A DNA stretch of 20,947 bases from Octopus sinensis (Eukaryota), in contig NW_021823887.1 of the NCBI RefSeq assembly GCF_006345805.1, forward strand, positions 1 to 20,947, written 5' to 3'. The position numbers and the translations under genes are program-made. The notes below the pieces were generated by a model. The model worked only from the letters and a program-made list of their open reading frames with translations, was not told the origin of the DNA and did no database searches. Shown piece by piece: positions 1-10,211 of this stretch. Each line of letters opens with the position of its first letter. Positions within the stretch are counted from its first letter, which is position 1.

Positions 1-44
1 TATGTATGTATATGTATGTATGTGAATGTATAGGTATGTATGTA

Positions 45-291
45 TACTCTTTTACTGACCGCGGCAATGATGGAGCGGTGTCTTTTGGTGAAACAAATCG
101 ACACAGAATTATTCTTTACTAGTGCAGTATTTATTCTATCGGTTCCTTTGTCGAACCGCTAATTTACGGGGACGAAAACACACCAACATCGGTTGCCAAG
201 CGATGACGAGAGGACAAACACAGACACACAAACAAGGTTTTGGTCAGCCCGAGGCTATAGTAGAAGTCATTTGGCCAAATTGAACCCCGAA

Positions 292-294
<3 letters not shown>
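45..294 (-). mobile_element. tRNA-derived SINE (octopus-type family 1), internally deleted fragment
   Basis: Minus strand has B-box-like GGTTCAA followed by CTTCTACTATAGCCTCGGGCTGACC, the body TTGGCAACCGATGTTGGTG...TAGCGGTTCGACAAAGGAACCGATAGAATAA and the tail AGTAAAAGAGTA. Family recognised from memory of Octopus SINEs. Confidence 0.8.
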
Positions 295-325
<31 letters not shown>

Positions 326-894
326 GATATATATATATACGCATTACACGCACATAGATGGATAGGATAGATAAATACATATTGATATGGTAACTCAAGT
401 TGGATGGCCATTATTTCCTGGAATGCAAACATGATCTTAGCAAGGTCGGAATTAATAATAACAGCTCATATGAAGTAATTAAATGGAACAATTAGAGAGT
501 TAATTACTTTGTTTACGATGTATATTATTGCCTCAAGTGGGCGACTGACATGCATTTAACAATGACCAAATTTCTGAGACTCAATCTCTCATACTCTCAC
601 GCTTACTCACTTTTATTCTCTAACACACACGCTCCCTGTCTGTCTCACGTATGTAAACATATACATATATGCATATATTTATACATACATACATGTATGC
701 ATATACTTATACATTCTACACATCCTACACATGCATACCCACTCTCTGTATATATATATATATATATATATATCTATATATAATATATATATATAGATAT
801 ATATATATATTTATACATAATATATATATTATATAATATATATATATACATATATATATATGTTTGTGGAGTGGTGTGTGGTGTGTTGTAGTAT

Positions 895-1217
895 AAAGGT
901 TAAAGAACCCCGTCGGTCATGAAATGAGCATGAGATGCACCTAGAAAGTTCCCTCGGAGGCATAAATCAGAGTAAAGCTGTTATGGGAGATCAGAAGCCG
1001 CCCATGCATAACTGGCCCCTCCCGTCCACGCCACCGATTTTATCAAGGGAAAGGCAAAGAGGTCCGATACAGCTTGGCAGCAGTGAGGGGTCACAGCTCA
1101 TTTCTATCGATTAGTGAACTGGAGTAACGTGAGAGATAAAGTGTATTGCCCAAGACACAACACACAGCTCGGACCAGGATTCGAACTCACAACCTCATGA
1201 TTGTGATTCCAATGCTC
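895..1217 (-). mobile_element. tRNA-derived SINE (octopus-type family 2)
   Basis: Minus-strand head GAGCATTGGAATCACAATCATGAGGTTGTGAGTTCGAATCCTGG with canonical B box GTTCGAATCC (1186-1177). Body includes GGGAAAGGCAAAGAGGTCCGATACAGCTTGGCA (plus-strand reading). The A box is lost into a (CA)n tract. Confidence 0.82.
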
Positions 1218-1642
1218 ACACACACACACACACACACACATACATACATAAGCCACACACAAGAGTCAGCTGAAAAGGCACACACAAATTTCTCTTTCAG
1301 CACAAAAAATGTAATTATACTTTTTAATTATATCGATATGAGTAGTATATATATGTTATATATATATAATAATATATATATGTTCACGCAATCAAATAGA
1401 GTGGAGTATATCTTGATATGCGTAACAAACAGAAGTAGTAGCTTGAATACCGAATTGCATAATGCATATATAGCTTTAATGTATGTGTGGATATCAAATC
1501 TAGATATAAATATCTCAATAGGTATTATATACATGTGAATATATATATCGTTAAAAATATAATATATATGATATATATATATATATATAGTATATATATA
1601 TATAATATATATATTAATATAGTATATATACATGTGAATAGA

Positions 1643-1681
<39 letters not shown>

Positions 1682-1739
1682 TATATTTATAAAAAATGAA
1701 TAGTCGAAATGCTGATATATTATACAATTTTTAATTTTT

Positions 1740-1748
1740 ATATATACA

Positions 1749-1792
<44 letters not shown>

Positions 1793-1821
1793 AAAGAGAG
1801 AGGAGAGAGAGAGAGAGAGAG

Positions 1822-1906
<85 letters not shown>

Positions 1907-1923
1907 CAGAGAGAGAGAGAGAG
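1740..1923 (+). repeat. Compound microsatellite (TA)n-(GA)n-(GATA)n-(GA)n (also ~11875-12030; shorter at ~7070-7170 and ~16530-16635)
   Basis: Direct reading; the GATA tract is long in type A cores and short in type B cores. Confidence 0.97.
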
Positions 1924-2798
1924 ATGCGTTAGTGTGTGCAAAAATATTGGTTCGTTTCTTGTTAAATAAATAACATTGTATTTCTGTGATACAAAATTTA
2001 TCCACCCATCCTATGCTAAACAACCACTTGAGTTTACAGGCAAACAAATCACGTCTGTGTTTGTGTGTGTGTGTGTGTCTGTTTCATGTGTTTGTCTGTG
2101 TGTTTCTAATACTTACAGCATATGGCATCCGTTTAATAGCAGATCGGGGAATGTTAAGTTTCGCATTTTGTTTTTCCCTCTTAAGTGCTGACACTCCAAA
2201 TTTGACCAACTGGTGGATGCTGATAATTATTCCATTGACAAATTCTGGCCATCTGAAGTGTTTTGTTTTTCTAAACAATTGTTTTCAAGTATTCTTATAT
2301 TTTTCAGTATAAAACTGAATACATCCACCCCACCCCCGTCACTACCATTATAGTTGACATCACCATCATCAACATCATCGTGTCATTACATGAATTATTA
2401 ATTAATATTAATATTGTCCGTTAATTAAACATTTTCCAGTATTATGCAAATTTTATTCTAGTTAATATATATTTCAATTGTTATTAAAGCAAATTTACAG
2501 CAGTTACACCGTGGTGAGAATTCTCCTTCACCTAAAAGTATAAAAAACGCCATTTCTGTCCAGTGCCAGGATCAGAGACGTTGATGTTTCTAGCACCATC
2601 GCTGTCGAGATGGCGGCACTGGACACATATCTTGTTTTAATAACTTTTCACCTTGTCGATCAACAGTGGATATATATAAGAAACATATTTCAACTAAACT
2701 AGATACAATTATATATATATATATATGTGTGTGTGTGTAATATATGTGGTATTATTTTATATATATATATAACATATATATACATATTACATATATAG

Positions 2799-2851
<53 letters not shown>

Positions 2852-2895
2852 GTGTGTGTGTGTGTGTGGTGTGTGTGTGTATGTATATGTATACA

Positions 2896-3082
2896 TTTTC
2901 GTGCTAGGGAAAGTTGCCATTGAAGCTATATTCCTGGTAAGGCAGCTGCAGGAGCAGGAGAAACACCTACAAAAGATAAGCCCCTGTGCCTGGCTTTTTG
3001 ACATGGAGAAAGCTTTCGACAGGGTCCCCGATCCCTTATCTGGGGGTCAATGAGGGACACTAAGGATAGATGACTAGTTAGT
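2896..3082 (+). mobile_element. RTE-clade LINE reverse transcriptase fragment (degenerate)
   Basis: Consensus over the four copies, across frameshifts: FVLG(K)SATEAIFLVRQLQEKHLQK/DKPLCLAFVDMEKAFDRVPRSLIWRSMRTLRIDD*LV. This matches the RT block 'TTDAIF..RQLQEK...KPL..AFVD.EKAFDRVPR' typical of RTE-type non-LTR elements. Confidence 0.85.
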
Positions 3083-3168
3083 CGGGACTTGTCGATCCTT
3101 ACTTTGTGTTTGTGTTTCATTTACTTTGCTAGGTAGTCGTGTAGGATCGACTTGTCACGACTAGCTAG
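3074..3168 (+). other. 26-bp inverted repeat / stem-loop with 43-nt T-rich loop (also 8316-8414, 13438-13535, 17824-17921)
   Basis: Arms CTAGTTAGTCGGGACTTGTCGATCCT (3074-3099) and AGGATCGACTTGTCACGACTAGCTAG (3143-3168): 22 Watson-Crick pairs + 1 G-U out of 26. Confidence 0.85.
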
Positions 3169-3358
3169 CGCGGATGCGCGAGTAAACGAGTGCGCGCCCC
3201 GGGACCACTCTTCTTAATTAAATGGTATCCAGATTCCACAGCGGAGAAATCCACCCTTGTTAAAACATATACACAAAACCCTACCATTTCAGGCTAATTG
3301 AACAGAGACCCTACTCTGTGTTACCTCCATCTCTGTCCCCAACAAAGCGGCCACGCCC
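3167..3358 (-). promoter_or_regulatory. CpG cluster plus Sp/KLF-type GC box; possible promoter-like element (in all four cores)
   Basis: AGCGCGGATGCGCGAGTAAACGAGTGCGCGCCCCGGG at 3167-3203 in a very CpG-poor background; GGGCGTGGC on the minus strand at 3358-3350. Confidence 0.3.
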
Positions 3359-3643
3359 TTGTAAGTTTCATAACGTACAAAGAAAACATTAATTTCCTGA
3401 TCTCATAATTTGGATCACGCACATCTACGATAATTAATATCGTATTATTAATTTATAGACACACAGACAGAGTTTAAGATGAAAGGATGTTCATTCAAGC
3501 TTAAATGGTCCAAATGAAATAAATGCCTTACCTCAGTTTAGTTTTAAACGGTAGCAACGTATCCAGGGTTCCAATTAATTTCAAATTTTCTTTTGCCGGT
3601 TTTAATTTCGATAGCAAGAAAGCGGAGATAACTCTCGAAATAT

Positions 3644-3818
3644 AGGCGGGGTTGGGGTATGTGTTAATAGCTTACGTACCAAGCACATGGTTACGTGTTC
3701 CGTCCCACTGCGTGGCACCTTGGGCGAGTGACTTCTACTATAGCCTCGGCCGACCAAAGCCGTGTGGGTGATGAGGTAAACGGAAACTGAAGGAAGAACC
3801 GTCGTAAATATGTACATG
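3644..3818 (+). mobile_element. SINE family 1, 5' half (plus strand)
   Basis: AGGCG...TAGCTTACGTACCAAGCACATGGTT...GTCCCACTGCGTGGCACCTTGGGCGAGTGACTTCTACTATAGCC: tRNA-like head followed by a CORE-like CCTTGGGC(A/G)AGT motif. Confidence 0.8.
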
Positions 3819-3828
3819 TTTGGCCAGA

Positions 3829-3921
3829 GAAAACACTTGCCCAAGCTGCCACACAGGGGACTGATCTCGGAACCAGGTGGTTGGTAAGTAAGCTACTTAC
3901 AACTCAGCCACTCCAACGCCT
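3829..3921 (-). mobile_element. SINE family 1 head (minus strand), inverted relative to 3644-3818
   Basis: Reverse complement AGGCGTTGGAGTGGCTGAGTTGTAAGTAGCTTACTTACCAACCACCTGGTTCCGAGATCAGTCCCC...CTTGGGCAAGTG contains A-box-like TGGCTGAGTTG. Confidence 0.8.
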
Positions 3922-4018
3922 AGAGTCTCAAAGATTGAAAATTAATAGTATTCTCTATCTTATCTTTTCCATACACGCCCCCATACATACATACATACAT
4001 ATATACATACATAATATA

Positions 4019-4062
<44 letters not shown>

Positions 4063-4339
4063 TCACCTTTTAGCTGATGGCAGAGATTTATTGTACAGAT
4101 TAAATTAAAGTATATGAAGAAGACAGGGTTTATATTTCTATTTCAGGAAAAATTGATTCACAAATTTGAACTTCCTTGAAATATAAAAATCCAAAATATT
4201 TTCTTTCTTTCAAAGTTATCAACTATTTTTGAGATTCTTTAAAAACATATAAACATTCTCTTCTTGTAAACATACTTGAAATCCTGGACACAATTTTTAT
4301 TGTTATAAAATGATTGAGAAACCAGTATAAGTTCGTGTC

Positions 4340-4533
4340 ATGTATGTATGTATGTCGTATGTATGTATGTATGAATGTATGTTGTAAGTATATATGTATG
4401 TTCATGTATGTAGTGTATGTATGTTCGTATGTATGTTCGTATGTATGAATGTATGTATGTATGTATATGTATGTATGTTTATGTATGTATGTTGTATGTA
4501 TGTATGTATGTTTGTATGTTTGTATGTATGATG

Positions 4534-4567
<34 letters not shown>

Positions 4568-4691
4568 TGAGGTATGTATGTATGTTATGATTATGTATGT
4601 ATGTATGTATGTATGTATGTATGTATGTATGTCTATCTCTCTGTATGTATGTATGTTTGCATGTATGTATGTTTGTATGTATGTATGTATG
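4340..4691 (+). repeat. Imperfect (TATG)n microsatellite (also 1-44, 9592-9973, 14096-14433, 19095-19182)
   Basis: Direct reading; source of the MYVC/HTYI ORFs. Confidence 0.98.
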
Positions 4692-4716
4692 TGTGAAGTA
4701 TATAAAAATTTATATA

Positions 4717-6401
4717 TAAGCAAACTATAAACATATACAATAATAAAAATTAGTATGTAAAATAGATATACAGTAAGTATATAATTACACATTTATTGGA
4801 TGGGTGTTGATACTCAAGAAGTCCTCCGCCCTTTAGCGGATTTTGTTTTTCATCCCTTAGGGAGTTCAGTAAAAACCCTCATCAAGCAAGCTTTGTGTAC
4901 GTATGTATGTATGTATAGAAAATCCATCATTGAAGCATGCTGTAAATGTGTTAGTACCTGATAAACTTGCTACATTTCCGAATATAGTATTTCCACAAAT
5001 AGATACACTTAAAATATGCGCACGACTTAGAGAGAAATAGTGGGGTTCATATGATCGATCAAATATACCAATTTAATGCTCCTGGATGGCCACGCCTCAA
5101 TGATTAAAACATCTAAATCCCATATTATATAGCTTGAAATCTCTCCACTGCCACCACCATTTAGTCTGTTAATTTATATCCATCTACAAACGTCACACTC
5201 ACCCTTCAATTATTATTCATGTCTTTCTTTCTCATCTACAATCTACACTTTTACATAATTATTTCCATTTCTCTTTCAATTCACTGGACAATTTCACAGA
5301 ATTCATCAATAAATTTCGAAATTTAACAAATTTGATAGACATTGTTTCAAATACAATACTTAAATGTAATCTATAAAACTATAATCTTCTTAAACTTAAT
5401 TGCATGTTTAACTTGAGTTAATTCTTATCCAGTAACACTATGGCCAAAGACGTTCTAACCACGACCTTCCCATATTCTTTTTTATCTAATATGTTAACCT
5501 CACGCTACATTTCAGACCCTCCGTTGTTGATTCATATTACTGTTTATATTATTCAAATTTTAAAATTGAAATAAAATCATTTAAAAAATTTCATTGATTG
5601 AAAGACGAAAGAGATAAAATTAGTAGAGTTGTTATGGGTAATGTAACTCTTTGTATTCTGATTTCAAATCCTGCTAAGGTCATTTTGATTTTTATTATGC
5701 AAGTGTTGGTAAAAACAAAATTCTAGCCTGAAGTGGTGGTCTTCTGGAATTAGATATTGGACGCGATGCCTTGCAGTATTTAATGTAGACCTATATTTTT
5801 GAGTTGAAATCCCTATATTAATGTACACCTCTATTTTATGAGTGGAAATGCGTGGTTGGTAAAATTCTCGCTTTCTAAGCTTTGAAAAAAAGAAGTTATC
5901 AAAAAACAATATTTTAAATTTCACTCGAGAGTTAGAAAACCAGTGATAACTACCTAAAATAGTTTCATTAGATGAACATTTCCGCATTTTAATTACCATG
6001 AAAGAGATTTTAAACAGATATAACCAAATTATATTTAAATATTATTTCTGGAAATGAAGAGTTTCTTTACTTATAATATAACACCAGAAAATGTTTAAAA
6101 TGGGTGGTGTGTGAAAAGAAACTGTATATTTACGTTTGAAATTGTTGTAATGAATATTTAACGCTGTAAATGTGTTAGTAAGTTGAGTGTGTTAAACAAA
6201 TATATGAAAGAAAAATTATTTACCAATTCGAAGATTATGTTCTGATCGGGTTGAAGTTTTTCTATTTCAGAAAATTTCAGCGTCCGCTTGTTCAAACGAC
6301 GATGAAAATGTGACACTACCAACAGTTAAAAGGAAACTTAATGAAACAGGATGTAGTAGGCACGACCTCCTCATGTATATGTGTCTGTATGTGTGTCTAT
6401 C

Positions 6402-6437
<36 letters not shown>

Positions 6438-6440
6438 CAC

Positions 6441-6472
<32 letters not shown>

Positions 6473-6519
6473 TCTGTCACCCGACACTTTAATGACGATG
6501 ATGGCCAATTATGCCAAAT
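4717..6519. repeat. Spacer S2, copy a
   Basis: Homologous to 14457-15895; contains a 418-bp segment missing from copy b. Confidence 0.9.
4957..5885 (+). pseudogene. Probable decayed class A (rhodopsin-family, peptide-receptor-like) GPCR
   Basis: TM4-like FMSFFLIYNLHFYII (~5215-5260); TM5-like PLLIHITVY; TM6-like ERDKISRVVMGNVTLCILISNPAKVILIF; TM7-like NPYINVHLYFMSG. Correct order and approximate spacing, but many stops and frameshifts. Recognised by eye only. Confidence 0.5.
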
Positions 6520-6933
6520 ACAGGATTCTGTTCAGCACAAACATTGTAATTATCTCTTTAATTACTTCCAACAGAAATTATCTCTTTAATTACTAAACAA
6601 ACAGAAAAAGCAGCTTGACAATCCCGTATATGCATAATGCATATATAGTTTTATGCATATGTGTATATCATTCTATACATCGATATTTCAAAATGCATAT
6701 ATATATACATGTAAAAATAATACATATATGTACATATAATATACATATATTATATATATATAGATATTATATTATATATATATATATTAATCAATCAATA
6801 TAAGGGTAACAAAAAATTCAAGAAATATTTTCTGGCATCAGCGGTCAAGTGAGAAAATAGAATAGTTATATATATATATATAGATATATATATATATATA
6901 TTATATAGAACGTTGTTGAACGTATATAATATA

Positions 6934-6988
<55 letters not shown>

Positions 6989-7073
6989 TCTATATATATA
7001 TATTTACATGTATATATATATGCATTTGAAATATCGATATGTAGAATTATATACACACATGCATGTATGTACA

Positions 7074-7111
<38 letters not shown>

Positions 7112-7318
7112 CATACATATATATATAGAGAGAGAGATTGATAGATAGATACATAGATAGATAGATAGACATGAGTTAGTGTGTGCTAAAATATTGGTTC
7201 GTTTTTAGTTAAGTAAATAGCATTGTATTTCTGTGATACAAAATTTGTCCACCCATCCTTTGCTTAACAACCACGTGAGTTTACAGGCAAACACATCACG
7301 TCTGTGTTTGTGTGTCTG

Positions 7319-7349
<31 letters not shown>

Positions 7350-7978
7350 CTGTGTGTCTGTGTCTGTGTGTGTGTGTGTGTGTCTGTGTGTTTCTAATAC
7401 TCAGTGCAGATGGCATCCGTTTGATAGCAGTTTCGCATTTTGTTTTTCCCTATTAGTGCTGACATTCCAAATTGACCAACTGGTTGATGCTGATAACTAT
7501 TCCATCGACAAATTCTGGCCATCTGAAGTGTTTGTTTTTCTAAACAAATGTTTTCAAGTATTTTTATATTTTTCAGTCTAAAATTGAATACATCCACCCC
7601 ACCCCCGTCACTACCATTATATTTGTAGTCACTATCATCAACATCATTGGTCATTACATGAATATAATTAATTATTAATATTGTCCGTTCATTAAAGATT
7701 TTCCAGTATTATGCAAAATTTTATTCTAGTTAATATATATTTCAACTGTTAAAAGGCAAATTTACAGCAGTTACAAACGTTGTGAGAATTCTCCCTTCAC
7801 CTAAAAGTATATTAAAAAACGCCATTTCTGTCCAGTGCCAGGATCACAGACGTTGATGTTTCTAGCACTTTCGTTGTTGAGATGGAAGCACTGGACACAT
7901 ATGTTGTTTTAATACCTTTTCACCTTGTCGTTAACGGTGGATATATATCAGAAACATATTTCAACTAACCTAGATACA

Positions 7979-8018
<40 letters not shown>

Positions 8019-8050
8019 AATACATATGTGTATGTATTATATATATATAA

Positions 8051-8093
<43 letters not shown>

Positions 8094-8106
8094 GTGGCTG
8101 TGTGTG

Positions 8107-8138
<32 letters not shown>

Positions 8139-8144
8139 TATACG

Positions 8145-8324
8145 TTTTCGTGCTAGGGAAAGTGCCACTGAAGCTATATTCCTGGTAAGGCAGCTGCAGG
8201 AGAAACACCTACAAAAGATAAGCCCCGTGCCTGGGCTTTGTTGACATGGAGAAAGCTTCGACAGGGTCCCCCGATCCCTTATCTGGAGGTCAATGAGGAC
8301 ACTAAGGATAGATGACTAGTTAGT
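8145..8324 (+). mobile_element. RTE-clade RT fragment (X2 copy)
   Basis: ATEAIFLVRQLQEKHLQK ... DMEK; duplicate of 2896-3082. Confidence 0.85.
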
Positions 8325-8884
8325 CGGGACTTGTCGATCAATATTTTGTGTTTTTGTGTTTCATTTACTTTGCTAGGTAGTTCGTTGTAGGATCGACTTG
8401 TCACGAATAGCTAGCGCGGATGCGCGAGTAACGAGTGCGCGCCCCAGGACCACTCTTCTTAAATAAATGGTATCCAGATTCCACAACGGAGAAATCCACC
8501 CTTGTTAAACAATATACACAACCCTACCATTTCAGGCTAATGAACAGAGACCCTACTCTGTGTTACCTCCATCTCTGTCCCCAACAAAGCGGCCACGCCC
8601 TTGTAAGTTTCATAACGTACAAAAAAAACATTAATTCCTGATCTCATAATTTGGATACGCACATCTACGATAATTAATATCGTATTATTAATTTATAGAC
8701 ACACAGACAGAGTTTAAGATAAAGGATGTTCATTCAAGCGTTAAATGGTCCCAAATGAAAATAAATGCCCTACCTCAGTTTAGTTTAAACGGTAGCAACG
8801 TATCCGGGGTTCCATTAATTTCAATTTTCTTTTGCCGGATTTAATTTCGATGGCAAGAAAAGCGGAGATAAACTCTCGAAATAT

Positions 8885-9059
8885 AGGCGGGGTTGGGGTA
8901 TGTGTTAAATAGCTTACGTACCAAGCACATGGTACGTGTTCAGTCCCACTGCGTGGAACCTTGGGCGAGTGACTTCTACTATAGCCTCGGCGACCAAAGC
9001 CCTGGGGGTGGATGAGGTAGACGGAACACTGAAGGAAGAACCGTCGTAAATATGTACAT
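8885..9059 (+). mobile_element. SINE family 1, 5' half (X2 copy)
   Basis: Duplicate of 3644-3818. Confidence 0.8.
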
Positions 9060-9070
9060 GTTTGGCCAGA

Positions 9071-9162
9071 GAAAACACTTGCCCAAGCTGCCACACAGTG
9101 GGACTGATCTCGGAACCAGGTGGTTGGTAAGTAAGTACTTACAACTCAGCCACTCAACGCCT
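9071..9162 (-). mobile_element. SINE family 1 head, inverted (X2 copy)
   Basis: Duplicate of 3829-3921. Confidence 0.8.
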
Positions 9163-9996
9163 AGAGTCTCAAAGATTGAAAATTATTTTAGTATTCTCTA
9201 TCTTATCTTTTCCTACGCCCCCACGCCCCCATACATACATATATACATACATATATATATACATATCTATAATATATATATATATATATATAATATATAT
9301 ATATGTATCACCTTTAGCTGATGGCAGAGATTTATTGTACAGATTAAATTAAAGTATATGAAGAAGACAGGGTTTATATTTTCTATTTCAGGAAAAATTG
9401 ATTCACAAATTTTGAACTTCCTTGAAATATAAAAATCCAAAACATCTTCTTTCTTTCAAATTTATCAACTATTTTTGAGATTCTTTAAAAACATATAAAC
9501 ATTCTCTTCTTGTAAACATACTTGAAATCCTGGACACAATTTTTATTGTTTATAAAATGATTTGAGAAAACCAGTATATATGTTCGTGTTCATGTATGTA
9601 TGTATGTATGTTCGTATGTATGTATGTATGTATGAATGTATGTATATATGTATGTATGTATGAATGTATGAATGTATGTTTGTAAGTATGTATGTATGTA
9701 TGTTCATGTATGTATGTATGTATGTTCGTATGTATGAATGTATGTATGTATGTAAGTATGTATGTATGTATGTATGTTTGTATGTATGTATGTATGTATG
9801 TATGTATGTATATATGTATGTATGTATGTATGTATGTGTATGTATGTATGTATGTTTGTATGTATGTATGTATGTTTGTATGTATGTATGTATGTATGTA
9901 GTATGTATGTATGTCTATCTCTCTGTATGTATGTATGTATGCATGTATGTATGTTTGTATGTATGTATGTATGTGAAGTATATAAAAATTTATATA

Positions 9997-10178
9997 CTTT
10001 ACTAGTGCAGTACTTATTCTATCGGTTCCTTTTGTCGAACCGCTAATTTACGGGGACGCAAACACACCAACATCGGTTGCCAAGCGATGACGAGAGGACA
10101 AACACAGACACACAAACAAGGCTTTGGTCAGCCCAAGGCTATAGTAGAAGAGTTTTGGCCAAATTGAACCCCGAACCA
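9997..10178 (-). mobile_element. tRNA-derived SINE family 1 fragment (duplicate of 114-294)
   Basis: Near-identical to 114-294; its tail end is cut off at the duplication junction. Confidence 0.8.
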
Positions 10179-10180
10179 TA

Positions 10181-10211
<31 letters not shown>

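Larger units (their letters stand above)
45..1283. repeat. Spacer S1, copy a
   Basis: Homologous to 9997-11441 (two SINE fragments plus unique block 341-748); lacks the ~310 bp present at 11126-11435. Confidence 0.9.
1284..4716. repeat. Core unit X1 (type A)
   Basis: Ordered blocks: TCTTTCAGCACAAA block, TA/GA/GATA microsatellite, unique block 1925-2710, RTE fragment, hairpin/CpG block, inverted SINE heads, unique block 4062-4338, (TATG)n, GTGAAGTATATAAAAATTTATATA. Confidence 0.92.
6520..9996. repeat. Core unit X2 (type B)
   Basis: Same block order, starting at ACAGGATTCT (6520); lacks the 16-bp type A segment; ends with the same 24-nt GTGAAG...TATATA stub. Confidence 0.92.

Noticed and set aside
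895-1217. tRNA genes at the B-box-containing heads
   Set aside because: No complete cloverleaf; the heads continue into SINE bodies, so they are tRNA-derived SINEs.
5113-5140. LNPILYSL (NPxxY-like) on plus, and MVVAVERFQAI (DRY-like) on minus at 5160-5128
   Set aside because: Wrong position or strand relative to the ordered TM4-TM7 series, with no hydrophobic helix upstream; treated as chance.
5664-5999. 111-aa minus-strand ORF MVIKMRKCSS...
   Set aside because: No motif recognised, not open in the second copy, and antisense to the better-supported GPCR relic.
6258-6373. Strong acceptor TTTTCTATTTCAG followed by an open frame KISASACSNDDENVTLPTVKRKLNETGCSRHDLL (similar acceptor near 4135-4145)
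   Set aside because: No good donor, frame broken in the duplicate at 15621-15727, and no recognisable domain.
8464-8480. TGGTATCCAGA resembling a tRNAi-Met primer-binding site, and minus-strand TGGTCCTGGGG
   Set aside because: No preceding LTR end (..CA), no paired LTRs, no polypurine tract and no gag/pol sequence.
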